This document shows, piece after piece, positions 1 to 13,073 of a DNA stretch of 64,000 nucleotides. Source of the stretch: Squalus acanthias (lineage: Eukaryota); NCBI GenBank assembly GCA_030390025.1, contig CM059432.1, positions 102,984,001-103,048,000 of the forward strand, written 5' to 3'. The notes beneath the pieces were generated by a model. It saw only the letters and a program-made list of their open reading frames with translations, ran no database searches and had not been told where the DNA came from. The position numbers and the translations under genes are program-made. Numbering within the stretch: position 1 is the stretch's first letter; each line of letters begins with the position of its first letter.

Positions 1-198
1 GCACTGGAAATGGGTCATCGATGCTGTCATCAGACTCGCTCCATTTAATTGGGCCGGGAAACACGCATGACTGGTTTAATTGGGGCCATTAAGTAAAATT
101 CGTAGTGCAGAACATGCTGTTCACATCTTCGGGTTCCCGATCCGCTACGTGGCCCGCACACACGTACGCAACCCGACTCCAAGGTAAAGATCACGGCC
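1..198. mobile_element. Right end of a Harbinger-type MITE (window edge)
   Basis: CpG-rich segment ending ...AAAGATCACGGCC, resembling the GGCC/GGGC termini of other MITEs here; left end outside window. Confidence 0.4.
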
Positions 199-529
199 TA
201 GGGATGGGCAATAAATGTGGTAAATTGCAGTGTAAGCTTGCTAAGTCTTCAGTTACTGCTTGGGAATTGAAGTAAGGAAAGTCAATTCCTATTGGGTAAA
301 TCTACAATTGGACTGAGGTTTTGGAATAATTAATGAGGATTGGGAGCATGTGGATAAATTAGAATATTTAGGAATGGGTATTCACGTTCATAGAAATAAC
401 TTTAGCAGTCAAGAAGATATATAGGAGATCTCTATCTCATTAAATCCACTTAACTTGCTTTGAGAAGAGAGTTTGGGTGTTGCCCCTCACAGGAGGGTAC
501 CATTTTGATACCAAATATTTAAACTGTAC

Positions 530-618
530 AAAAGCAAAACCTGAAATGTTAACTCTGTTTCTCTCTCCATAGATGCTGCCTGACCTGCTGAGTATTTCCA
601 ACATTTTCTCTTTCTATT
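530..618 (+). mobile_element. Penelope-like terminal (pLTR) fragment
   Basis: ACCTGAAATGTTAACTCTGTTTCTCTCTCCATAGATGCTGCCTGACCTGCTGAG matches the tails at 15431-15458/17124-17181. Confidence 0.6.
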
Positions 619-1166
619 TAAACTGTACATCTGCTCAATAAATGGCCAGTTGAAATTGCCTGATAGCTTAAATTTGATTACTCATCCAGAATGGTGTGGG
701 TAATGTTGCTTTGCGCTTATCTCAATTAATCATAGAGCCGAAGTAAATAGTTAACATTTCAATCACTCTCAGCACGTTGATGAGTGTGATCAATGGATTG
801 ATAATACACTGGAAGAAGCCACTGTGCAAAGGAATATTGTGTACTCTTACTTATCAACATCACTATCAATATTTGGGTCAGAGCTAATTGCAATGACCAT
901 GCATTCCAGCATTAGAGAAAAATAGCAGAGGAGAATATGAGACTCACGTTTTTTTTTAATACAAAATGAAAGAGAGAAGAGTCAAATTGTTTATGTGGAC
1001 CACTATGCTCAGGACTAATGTACAGTTTGAAGCAAGTCAATGAATGTATCACTGAACAGCAAATCTCTGAGGACAAAAAATCTATGGCTAATCAATATGA
1101 ACAAACACTTTTACAACATCCATACGGAACACTAAAGCCTCACTTTCAATCTGAGTGGTACATAAT

Positions 1167-1909
1167 GGCCCAGAAATTGATCTCGCTCTGTTCCCGCGGG
1201 GGTAAGGCTTCCCCGCGATCTCTCACTCCGCGTGTGCTTTTTCAGATCCAGCTCGCACGAACTTGATGTTCCAGACATCAGCTGGGCAGTGCTTGCGTAT
1301 CCCACCGGCGTAGTGAATTCGTGCGAGCTGTGGGATCACGTGACTCAGTTAGAGCCAATGGCAGCACACCATCTTCCATTCATAAGTTTCACATACGTGC
1401 TGTGAAATCTATGAATCTTACACCCCCCCAAAATAACAGCTAAACCTCAATTAAATTTAAAAAAAAAACCATCACATTAATAAAATAAGTATAGTTAAAT
1501 AAATTAACCATTTTAAATAAAAAATTAATTTTTGAAAAAATTTAAAATCTTTTAAAAAGTTATAAAAATAAACTTATCTGTCTTTAAAGTCTCTAAAAAA
1601 GATATACCTGTTAAAAAAAATTCAAAAAAATACTTAATTCACTACTTACCTTGTTAAAAGTGGGTCTTACTCCTCCTTTTTCCATTTCTAAAATCTTCCG
1701 TACTTACCTGCGCGTCCAAAGCACGAAGTGCACAGCGTGCGCGCAGCCTGTAGCGCGCACGCGATGCACCGAGGAACCGCCCCCTTTTCAAAAGACCAAG
1801 TGCCGGTTTTCAGCGCATGCGCAGGGCATGCAGAAAACCGGCAATTGGAGAGAGAATACGCGAGAGTACGCAGTGCGTACTCTCGCGTCGCGGGATGAAT
1901 TTTTGGCCC
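1167..1909 (+). mobile_element. Non-autonomous PIF/Harbinger-type MITE (family A)
   Basis: Imperfect TIRs GGCCCAGAAATT / AATTTTTGGCCC; 3-bp TSD AAT (1164-66, 1910-12); AT-rich core; homologous to 48474-49237. Confidence 0.85.
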
Positions 1910-2462
1910 AATATTAAAAATCTTAAGTACAAAGTCAATAAAGTTACTGTCTTCAATTTAATATGGACTGAATAAGGTGAATTAGTTGAACAAGAAGCTT
2001 ATTTTCATAGCCAAGATATTGACTTGGACTTTCAAATTATAAATGAAGAAAACTGGCCAATAAGAAACACAACTCAAGGGCCTTTTCTGTCTTTTAATTG
2101 ACAACATTTCCACCTTCTGAAATGCATTCGGTTGCACATCAGATTCTCAAGTGCAACTGTATAGATGTAACAGGCTTCCGTACCCTGACAAATTCCTGGG
2201 TGCTTTCTTTACTCATTCAGTCAAAATGGTATCAACTCAAATCTAACAATTAGGATTTGTAAGGATCTCATTACTGGATGTGCTAACACTCAGTTTTTAT
2301 TTATGGTAGCTCTGTTTCCAAAATAACTCCAATTTGGATTACAGTTGGTTAAAGGAGGCCAATTCTCCTCATAACTTAATTTTTGGAATCAGGCTAAGCG
2401 CATAATGAGTCCAGCAATTATTTTTATATTTCTAAATCAGCTTTGATGTCTCTGAATACATT

Positions 2463-4120
2463 GAGCTGGATTTTGCTCTCAGCAGTGAACAAATGGCGCC
2501 AGCCATTCATTACACTTCAACTTGCCACTGACATTTTTTATTCATTCAGGGGGTGTGGGCGTCGCTCGCAAGGCCAGCATTTATTGGCCATCCCTAATTG
2601 CCCTTGAGAAGGTGGTGGTGAGCCACCTTCTTGAACCGCTGCAGTCCATGTGTTGAAAGTACTCCTACTGTGCTGTTTGGGGTTGCCAGGATTTTGACCC
2701 AGCGACAATGAAGGAGTATACGTCATTGTAGCAGTTTGGTACAACTGAGTGGCTTGCTCGGCCATTATGAGGGCAGTTCAGAGTCAACCACATTGCTGTG
2801 GGTCTGGAGTCACATGTAGGCCAGACCAGGTAAGATTTCTTTCCCTAAAGGATGTTAGTGAACCAGATGGGTTTTTACAGTAGTTTCATGGTCACCATTA
2901 CTGACACTAGCTTTTTTTAAATTCCAGATTTTGTTTAATTTACTGAACTTAAATTCCCCAGCTGCCACGGTGGGATTTGAACTCTTGTCTTATGGATCAT
3001 TAGTTCCAGGCCTCTAGAATTACTAGTCCAGTAACATAACCACTATGCTACCATACCCATTTGTCAGGTTTTGCACTGGAACTTGCTGTAATTCGAAAGC
3101 CATATTGGTGCAGCGCCTTCTGCAGGGGATCTGGGACCTGTATGAGCAGGGCAAGTAACTGTGCATCTCCTTAACCAATCATATTGAAGATTCCTTACTG
3201 ACACACGCAGGCCTAGAAATTAGACAAGGCCCAAAAACGGGTTCAGGGATCGCAATGCGTGATCAACCCGTGCCTGTTCCTTCTGATCCAGACAGCATGC
3301 AAACTTTGTTCTGCCTGTTACTCTAAATAATAGTAGTGTGCAGCCCAGCACTGAACGCATTGCTGAGTGGCTACATGCCTCAGCAGGGGGCCCAAGTTCG
3401 TGCGAGGCTAGCACCACTTAAAGCTAATCAGCACTACTTAAAGGCAGACTGCACCTCTTAAAGGGGAGGTGTATTCTGGCTGCAGCAGGTGCTGGAAGTA
3501 GCTGGGGAAGAGATTGTGAGCAAGAAGAAGAGGTATAGATGGTGCAACAGAGCAGCAAAAAAAGGGGCGCTATTGAGCCGAATTTAGCGACCGCAGAGTC
3601 TAGACTGGGAAGTGTAAGCTAGAATTGTTAATTAACTGCCAAATCATGTACAGAAAGCCAAATAAAGAGAGGGAAAGAAAGATTGGATTAAGAGAAATGG
3701 ATAATAGAGGCAAAAAGAAAAAGTTTTTTTTTTAAGTATTTAAATTGATTTATTTTTAAAATCCCCAACAGTAATTAAATCTGAAGGAATGAGACTCCAC
3801 ACATGTTAACGTTAATTTTCAGTGCTATAAAGATTGTTTGGTAGTAATTAAGAATTAGCAGCCGTTAAAAATTTACTTACACTGGAATGGAGAAGCCCTA
3901 AATTTTTCTGGTGAGTTTAGTGGGTATCTATCTGTTCTGTGTATTTCAATGCCGAGTCTCCCGGCAAGATACCATTATAACAAAGCTTCTGGAGGAACAG
4001 GGCAACTCAGACAGCAACTTCCTGATTTCCACGTTTGACTGCACATGTGTGGTCACCAGAAGTTTCTGTCAGAGTTACACTTTAATAATAGTGAGCACTG
4101 ATAGCCACACCATTATTTTT
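2463..4120. mobile_element. Harbinger-derived non-autonomous element interrupted by a SINE; right end cut by CR1
   Basis: Starts GAGCTGGATTTTGC; 4085-4120 resembles the reverse complement of the subterminal sequence of the Harbinger at 11841. Confidence 0.55.
2533..3058 (-). mobile_element. tRNA-derived SINE with LINE-derived 3' tail
   Basis: Minus-strand head GGTAGCATAGTGGTTATG... with B-box GAGTTCAAATCCC; tail resembles 3' end of LINE 10308-11225; second copy at 32436-33075. Confidence 0.8.
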
Positions 4121-7040
4121 AACATAAGACATAAGAATTAGGAGCAGGAGTAGGCCATACAGCCCTTCGAGCCTGCTCCGCCATTCAATAAGATCATGGC
4201 TAATCTTCGACCTCAATTCCACTTTCCTGCCTAATCCCCATATGCCTTGATTCCCATAGAGCCCAAAAATCTATCTATCTCAGCCTTGAAAATGCTCAAC
4301 GACTCAGCATCTGCAGCCCTTTGGGGTAGAGAATTCCAAAGATTCACAACCCTCTGAGTGAAGAAAATCCTCCTCATCTCAGTCTTAAATTGCTGACCCC
4401 TTATCCTGAGGCTATGCACCCTAGTTCTAGACTCACCAGCCAGGGGAAACAACCTCTCAATCCCCCTCAGAATCTTATATGTTTCAATGAGATCATCTCT
4501 CATTCTTCTAAACTCCAGAGAATATAGGCCCAATCTACTCAAACTCTCCTCATAGGACATACCTCTAACCAAGGAATCAATCTAGTCAACCTTCGTTGCA
4601 CCGCCTCTAAGGCATGTATGTCCTTTCTCAGATAAGGAGACCAAAACTGTGCACAATACTTCAGGTGTGGTCTCACCAAAGTAAAATACTTCAGTTGGAA
4701 ACAGAAGTAAGACTTCCTTACTCTTGTACTCCAACCCCCTTGTAATAACGGCCAACATACCATTTGCCTTCCTAATTGCTTGCTGTACCTGCATGCTAAC
4801 TTTCCTGTACGAGGATACCTAAATCTCTCTGAACACCAACATTTAATAGTTTCTCACCATTTAAAAAAAATTATGTTTTTCTATTCTTCCTACCAAAGTG
4901 AATTTCCTCACATTATACTCCATCTGACAACTTATTGCCCACTCACTTAACCTGTCTATATCCCTTTGCAGGCTCTTTGTGTCCTCCTCACAGCTTACAT
5001 TCCCACATAGCTTTGTATTGTCAGCAAACTTGGATACATTGCACTCAGTCCCTTCATCTAAGTCATTAATATAGATTGTAAATAGCTGAGGCCCAAGCAC
5101 TGATCCTTGCGGCACCCCACTAGTTACAGCCTGCCAACTGGAAAATGACCCGTTTATTCCCACTCTCTATTTTCTGTCTGTTAACCAATCCTCTATCCAT
5201 GCTAATATATTACCCCAACCCCATGATCCCTTATCTTGCATAGCAGCCTTTTCTGTGGCACCCTATCAAATGCCTTTTGGAAATCCAAATATACTACATC
5301 TACTGGTTCCCCTTTATCTACCCTGCTAGTTACATCCTCAAAAAACTCTAATAAGTTTGTTAAACACGATTTCCTTTTCATAAAACCACGTTGGCTCTGC
5401 CTAATCGTATTATGAATTTTCTAAGTGCCGTGTTACCATTTCAAATAATGGAATCCAGCACTTTCCCAAAGACTGATGTTAGGCTAACTGGCCTGTAGTT
5501 CCCTATTTTCTCTCACTCCCACCTTTCTTGAATAGCAGGGTTACATTTGCCACCTTCCAATTTGCTGGGACAGTTCTAGAATCTAGGGAATTTTGGAAGA
5601 TCACAACCAATGCATCCACTATCTCTGCAGCCACCTCTTTTATAACTCTAGGATGTAAGCCATCAGGTCCAGGGGATTTGTCGGATTTTAGTCCCATTAG
5701 TTTCTCAAGTACTTTTTCTCTACTGATATTAATTACTTTAAGTTCCTCACTTTTATTAGCCCCTTGATTCCCTGTTATTTTTGGTATGCTTTTTGTGTCT
5801 TCTACTGTGAGGACAGGTATAAAATATATGTTAAAAGTCTCTGCCATTTCCTTATTCCCCATTATAATTTCACCTGTCTCAACCTCTAAGAGACCAATTC
5901 TTACTTTTGCTACTCTCTTAGTTGTAGAAGCTCTTACAATTTGTTTTTATATTTCTTGCTAGTTTACTCTCATTCTATTTTCTCCCATTTTATCAATTTT
6001 TTGGCCATCCTTTGTTGGTTTCTAAAGCTCTCCCAATCCTCAGGCTTACTACTATTCTTTGCAACATTATAAGCCTCTTCTTTTCATCTAATACTATCCT
6101 TACATTTTTTAGTTAGCCACAGATGGATCATTTTTCCCATGGAATCTTTTTTTTCTCAATGGAATGTATATTCATTGAGAATTTTGAAATATTTCTTTAT
6201 ATGTTACCCACTGCTTATCTACTGTCATACGTTTTAATCTAATTTCCCAATCTACCTTAGCTAACTCACCCCTCATACTAATGTAATTGGCTTTACTTAA
6301 GTTTAAGATTCCTGTTTCTGACTGAAGTATTTCACTCTCAACTCAAAGTGAAATTTTATCATATTAGGATCGCTCTTCCCCAGAAGATCCTTTACTATGA
6401 GATTACTAATTAACCCTGTCTCATTACACAATACAAGATCTAAAATAGCCTGTTCCCTGGTTGGTTCCATGACATATTGTTCTAGGAAACTATCTCGAAT
6501 GCATTCCATGAACTCGTCCTCCAGACGACCATTGCCAATTTGATTTGCCCAGTCTATTGAAGATTAAAGTCCCCCATGATGATTGTATTACCTTTATTAC
6601 AAGTTCCTATTATTTGTTGATTAATACTCTGTCCAATCATATAGCTATTGTTTGGGGGCCTATAAATTACTCCCACCAGTGTTCTCTGGCCCTTGTTATT
6701 TCTTGTCTCCACCCATACTGATTCTACTTCCTGATCTTCCCAGCCAAGATCCTTTATTATCCTTTATTATCATGGCTACTGCCCCACCCCCATTTCCATT
6801 CTGCCTGTCTTTTCGAAACATCAAGTACCCTGGAATATTTAGTTCCCAACCTTGGTCACCTTGCAACCATGTCCCTGTAATGGCTATTAGATCAAAGCCA
6901 TTTATCTCTATTTGTGCCACTAATTCATCTATCTTGTTACAGATGCCTCATGCATTCAGGTAAAGAGCCTTTAATTTTAACTTTTTGCCATTATTCCCTG
7001 CTTTCACCTTATTAGCTGATGCACTATTACTATTAAACTC
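4121..7040 (-). mobile_element. CR1 LINE ORF2 (APE endonuclease + RT), disrupted, with 3' UTR
   Basis: ORF fragments with [28 protein letters not shown]; (CTTATGT)-type tail at 4121-4137; many frameshifts. Confidence 0.95.
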
Positions 7041-7118
7041 GCTAGGCTAGAAATTGGGAGGGAAAAATTCGGTGGCGCCCCCCATGGAGCACTAACTTCA
7101 CCGGGGCACTACTTTTAG

Positions 7119-7646
7119 CAACCCTGGCACTGGACAGGCAACACAGCCTTCGGAACTCCCGGTCATGGCTGCAGAGAACAGTATCTATCCCCTTGACTAT
7201 ACTGTCCCCTACCACTACAACATTTCTTTTCACTCCCCCCACTTGAATGGCCTCCTGTACCACGGTGCCATGGTCAGTTTGCTCACCACCCTGCAGACTT
7301 AGCCCTCATGCAAACAGGCAGCAAGTACCTCATAGTTGTTGGATAAGGGCAAAGGCTGAGGCTCCTCCAGCACTGCACCTGTGGTCCCTCCTGTCCCTCA
7401 TCACTAAACAGACCTGTACCACTACCTAACCTAAGGGATGTGACTGCCTCCTGGATCAAAGTGTCCAGATAACTCTCCCCCTCCCTTATGCCCCACAATG
7501 TCTGCACCTCAGACTCCAGCTCACCAACTCTGAGCTGAAGTTCCTCGAGATGCAGACACTTACTGCAGAAATGGTCATCCGGGATCGCCGATGCTCTCCA
7601 CAAATTCCCACATGCTGCAGTTGCGGCACACCACCTGCACTACCAT
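7119..7646 (-). mobile_element. CR1 ORF1 fragment (zinc finger/leucine zipper + SGNH esterase start)
   Basis: CxxC...HFCSKC, LEELQLRVGELE, VVVVGDSIVKG; joined to ORF2 across a deletion marked by a MITE-end fragment (7044-7118). Confidence 0.8.
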
Positions 7647-8594
7647 CCCTTTATAACCTTATTTTACTTATTTAGTTAATTAAAATGTATGTATTTAATT
7701 AATTTAGCTTATAGTTTAGTTTTTAACTAATTACTAGATCTAGTTTAAGTTATAGGTAGATGAAATTAAATATTTACCTCTAACACAAAGCACCACAAGT
7801 ATTGGAGGCAAAAAGTAGCAGCTTGCCCCCACACCCCCCCCCCCCCCGCCCGCTTGAATTCCCACTGTCTCCAAATTCCCAACTTTAACACTCTGTATAG
7901 AAGCACTCCGTTTAAGATCACTCTGTGCAGACCACTTTTCTGCAAAATTGGGGACAATAATTAAACCAGAAATTTGGGTAAACACTTTAGTAACCCAGAG
8001 TGTCTCTGGCACTCTTTTCTGTAGGTTATGAACAACTAACTGAATATCACTTGATGTTTTTGGCAGAATACGATTATGAAAAGGCATCATCTATTCTGTT
8101 CTATTGGAGGGAGTTTTTGTAAGAGCACCAGCTGACAATTCACCTTCCTAAGCAGGCAAATGATATATATATATTTTTTTTTGAATAGTTTATTATTTTT
8201 ACAACTTAAATAACAAACAGAGTTGAAACTACAACAGGGCAGTAAGATTTCAGATTCTAGCGCATTCCTTCCGGTATATGTTTAGGCCAGCATGTTATAT
8301 TTAAAACATCAATAGGTGCTTCTAAATTTCTGGGAGCTCTATTGGGGTTTAATGCATCCCAGCAAGGATGGAGACAGCAGCGTAAGGTGATAAGTTCATA
8401 GTACAGTGGTATAGAACTTTTGTATTCATGCCTGGGATTTACCATGAGAGCGTTGCCAATGTCAGCTAGACCATCAGGGGGAGATGATGAGCAGAAGAAA
8501 GCCTGTTCCTTGCAAGAAAAATGAAAGGGGTACAAAATAAAATCAGAGAATCCCTCCGTGGCAATGCCTCTGGCTATGCCCCGATGTCTACAAT

Positions 8595-8742
8595 CTACTC
8601 CAGCCCTATATCCTCTTCCACAATCGTCAGTCTTCTGACTTTGGGCCCTTGACCATCCACCTTTCCTTTATCCCACCATTGGTAGCATGGCTTTCAGCTG
8701 CCTCATCTCTACTTTCTGAACTCTTTGCCCAAAGCCTCCCAA
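8595..8742 (+). mobile_element. Degenerate L2-like 3' fragment
   Basis: CCCACCATTGGTAGCATGGCTTTCAGCTG resembles 45087-45118. Confidence 0.4.
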
Positions 8743-10307
8743 TTCTGAAGATGGCGTCGGCCAGATCAGGAGCAGGAATGGGGTGGTAAGCTTTCCCCTT
8801 CTATTTTAGGGGTACTACAACCCTGTTTCCGCCAAGCGACACCAATGAAAATCTCCCTCCTTTTCGTTACTGTTAATATCAAGTGGTATCCAGCAACAGT
8901 AAAAGTACCCTGGAAGCATGTGACATGCCTCATAATTTTATCATATCACATTGTTATGCTCTACAGCAAGTAACCACGCAAGACTGTTCAAGTTTCAAAT
9001 AGTACATGCTCAAATTAATCAGAACAGTGGAAAGGTACCCGGGGCGGGGGGCGGGGGGGGGGGGGGGGTGCGGGGAAACTGATTGTTATACCTGAATCTG
9101 GAATGAATATGGAGTAATTTTGTATGTGGAATTATTTCTTACATCTGTCACCATATTAACCATCCATAACCATTGGACACCACATTGTCTTCACTGTTTA
9201 GTTGTACTTGATCTACTCATTGCATGTTAAGTTACTGTTTTTTTTACTAATCCTAAAACTTCAGTTTGGACAGACAGTCCTTCCATAAACTGCTTGTAGT
9301 AGGCTCCCAGCTAAACGGTAGGACTTTGTTGATTGGTCCAATGGAATTAGACTTCACCCACCTTCATTAATTACAGAAAATATTATCTCAGAACATTCTC
9401 GCATCAGGTAGAGATATCCATCTATCTCTATATCCGTTATGTCCTAGGGATAAAATAAACTGCAAATGCTGGAATTCTGCAAAACTAACAAAGGGCTGGA
9501 ATATTGTCTACAGTAGATATATTCATCTGTCTTTTCTCTTTGTGTATTTCTAGCATTATCATCCCTAAACCTGTTCATTTTTCTTGTATCAACACAAAGA
9601 TTATTATATCTCATCGTGAAAGTTTTGTCATTTTCCCCTGCAGCTCCCTGTGTGGATATCTTAACACTGTCAACTAGCTATAGCTGCATGTTAAATGGTA
9701 ATATAACCTGTTGGCACCAATTATTCAATAGAGATTTTAAAAACTCCACCCACACAATTATTTGAAATGAGCTACTGTTTATTATCTCTTCAAAAAAATT
9801 CAATTATTCTACCAAGGTTAATGACTCAACAATGCAATATGTACCTTTAGATATAAATTGTGTATAATTGCAATTTTTTTATTTGGTAACTTGAAAGGAA
9901 AGAGGGACAGGTGACTCAGAGTGAAACTGACTCACAACTGCAATATCTGTCGTGCATGACTAGGGTTTCAATGTCTTCTTTGAAGAATTTCAAGGAACAG
10001 CTGGAGTGGCATCAGATTCACATCATTCCATGTCTCATAAATTCACACAAATCCAGTTTGAAAGTAAAATGATGTCATGTATTATTTATTATATTCACAG
10101 GTTACTTGAACAAAAATGGTGATATCAACCAGAACTGAGGTAGCATGCAGCTGGAATCTTAGACTCAGTTCCAAAATTCCAAATTTTAGATTTATATGTA
10201 TTAAAACAAAACTTCCACCTGCCTATTGCATTACAGATGGGAGTGTGGTCCAATCTGTTATATCTAAAAAAAAAGGACATTCTGTCAAAAAGGGTTTTAT
10301 TTCAATT

Positions 10308-11225
10308 TGACCTTCTCTCCAACGTAAGATCAGAAGTGGAGCTGTTTGCTGATGACTGCGCAGTGTTCATCTCCATTCACAACTCCTCAGTCCATGTCCG
10401 CAAGCAGCAAGACCTGGACAATATTCATGCTTGGGCTGATAAGTGGCAAGTAACATTTGCACCACACAATTGCCAGGCAATGAACAATTCCAACAAGGGA
10501 GAGCCTAACTACCTCCCCTTGACATTCAGTGGTATTTCCATCACGGAGTCCCCCACCATCAACATCCTGGGTGTCACCATTGACCAGAAACTCAACTAGA
10601 CCAGCCACACAAATGATGTAGCCACTAGAGCAGGTCAGAGGCTGGGTATTCTGTGCAAGTGGCTCATCTCCTGACTCGCCAAAGCCTCTCCACCACCTAC
10701 AAGGTACAAGTCATGAGTATAATAAAATACTATCCAGTTGTCTGGATGGGCACAACTGTAGCAGCACTCAAGAAGCTCAACACGATCCACGACAAAGCAA
10801 TCCACTTGATCAGCACTTAATCTACTATCTTAAACATCCATTCCCTCCACCATCTGAGTACCGTGGCTGCAGTGTGTGCTATCTATAGGATGCACTGCAG
10901 CAAGTCACTAAGGCTTCTTCGGCAGCACCTCCCAAACCCGCGACCTCCACTACCTAGAAGGACAATGGCAGTAGTTACATGGAAATGCTATCACCGCCAA
11001 GTTTCCCTCCAAGTCACACACCATATTAACTTGGACATATATCGCTTTTCCTTCATTGTCACTGGGTCAAAATCTTGGAACTCCCTACCTAACAGCATTG
11101 TGGGAGCACTTTCATGACACGGACTGCAGCGGTTCAAGAAGAAGGATCAGCACCAACTTCTCAAGGGCATCTAAAGATAGTCTTGCCAGCGATGCCCAAA
11201 TCCCTCGCATGAGTATAAAATAAAA
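10308..11225 (+). mobile_element. 5'-truncated CR1/L2-group LINE (second family), RT C-terminus + 3' UTR
   Basis: LFADD, QQDLDNIHAWADKWQVTF, ILGVTIDQKL, SKSWNSLP; stops present. Confidence 0.85.
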
Positions 11226-11944
11226 TTAAAATTAAATATGTAATAGATTCTGGATCATAATTTGCATTCTACTTTACTTCTAACGATGTGTTAAATAACA
11301 TGTGACAGACTTACAGGAAGTCAAACATTTCAAATGCTTGTCATTTTTGAAAGGGTTAGAAATGATGCTTCCTTTCTTAACTGTTCCAGTTGTGCCAGCT
11401 ACATCATCTCTGCTCACTGAGACATCTATAGTAGCAATGCCAATGCATATGGTAGCATGGCCAGCGCACCAACTAGTTCTGCTGTGCTAACTACAATATT
11501 TAAAAAGCCATCGCTGTTGTCCACATTGCCATCAGTTTCTGTCTGTAGATTTGATAAATAATATGTATGGTGTCAGAACTACTAGATGAGCCATCTTGCC
11601 TGGAACTAGGATCATAAACTCAATCACAAAATACCGGTCTCAACATTAGAAATCAAGCTTCCAATTCTATTCATCTTGCAATTTCACATTTACATGAATA
11701 TTGCAATTGCAAAATGAATAAAAATTATTTGAACACTGGCCTAGAAATGACTTTTGGCAATATTAGTGGCAGAACATTACATTCATCTGACATTCCTTTT
11801 CCAGCTCTGGTGTTAACCCATTTATTTAAAATAGGTTAATGAGCCAGATTTTGCTGTCAAAATAATGGTGGGGCTAATGGCGCTCGCTGTTATTTATGCA
11901 TGAATGGTACAGGAACTTCAGGCAAGGGGCAGATGCGCGGTTAA

Positions 11945-13073
11945 ATGCAAATATCAGAAGAGCAGTGCTTCCGCAGGCTGAAGCTGTCACATCAGGTGGT
12001 GGCTGTGATCTGCAGCCTCCTACAGGAAGACTTGCTCCCTGCTGGACATGGTGGACATGCATTACCAGTGGCTATAAAAGTAACCACCACCCTTAAGTTT
12101 TTTTTGCCTCCAGATCCTTCGAGGGCGCTACCGGAGGCGTAAGAACATAAGAAATAGGAGCAGGAGTAGGCCATTTGGCCCCTCGAGCCTGCTCCGCCAT
12201 TCAATAAGATCATGGCTGATCTGATCTTGACCTCAACTCCACTTTCCCGCCTGTTCCCCATAACCCTAGACTTCCCTGTAGCTCAAATATCTGTCTATCT
12301 CCGCCTTGAATATATTCAATGACTCCGCATCTCGAGGGTCTCGCAGTCTGCTGCACATAAATGCGTAAGGCAGGTCACTGATGGATTGTTTTCCAGGGCC
12401 AACAATTATTTAAACTTCCCCTATGATGACAATAGCCAGAATGATTGGCCTCTCTGGCTGGTTTCCCACAGGCACAGGGTGCCATCGACTGCACACATAT
12501 GGCCATCCAAGGACCATCACAGCAACCAGGAGTTTTTATCAAAGGGATATTTGTCCATCAATGAGCAGCTGGTGTACAACCACAAGAAGAGGTTCATGCA
12601 GGTCTGTGCCAGATTCCCTGGGAGCTGTCATGATGCCTTTACACTGAGGCACCTGTGAGGAGCCCCACCAATGAGGCGCAGGAGTGCTACAATGACAACC
12701 ACATGACCATCAGGTGTGTCATCGAGCAAGCCATCGGAACATTGAAGATGCACTTCAGGTGCCTAGATAGGTCTGGAGGCGCCCATCAGTACTCGCCAGC
12801 GAGGGTGCCAGAATGATAGTGGTGTGCTGTGTCCTGCACAACATTGCGCAGCAGAGAGGATTTCAGGTGGAGGAGGACAAAGGGGCTCATCACTTATCTT
12901 CAGATGAGGAGAACATAGAGGAGGAGGAGGAGCAGGAGGAGGAGGAGCAGAAGGAGGAGGAGCAGAAGGAGGAGGAGGAGGAGGAAGATGGGGCACACAT
13001 CGGCCGACCAGCCGCACAAATGCAGCCTGGGATGCCAGGGAGGCTTAATATTGCGAAGGTTCACCTAGTGTGA
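11945..13073 (+). pseudogene. Harbinger DDE transposase (HARBI1-like), disrupted
   Basis: [64 protein letters not shown], acidic tail; CR1 tail inserted. Confidence 0.9.
12140..12330 (-). mobile_element. CR1 3'-end fragment inserted in H1 nuclease
   Basis: Closely matches the 4130-4310 3' UTR. Confidence 0.85.

Noticed and set aside
2960..3058. tRNA gene
   Set aside because: A/B boxes belong to a SINE head; no complete cloverleaf
9040..9076. Poly-G tract (also C-rich tracts at 7826-7850 and 13115-13190)
   Set aside because: Low-complexity sequence; no evidence of function
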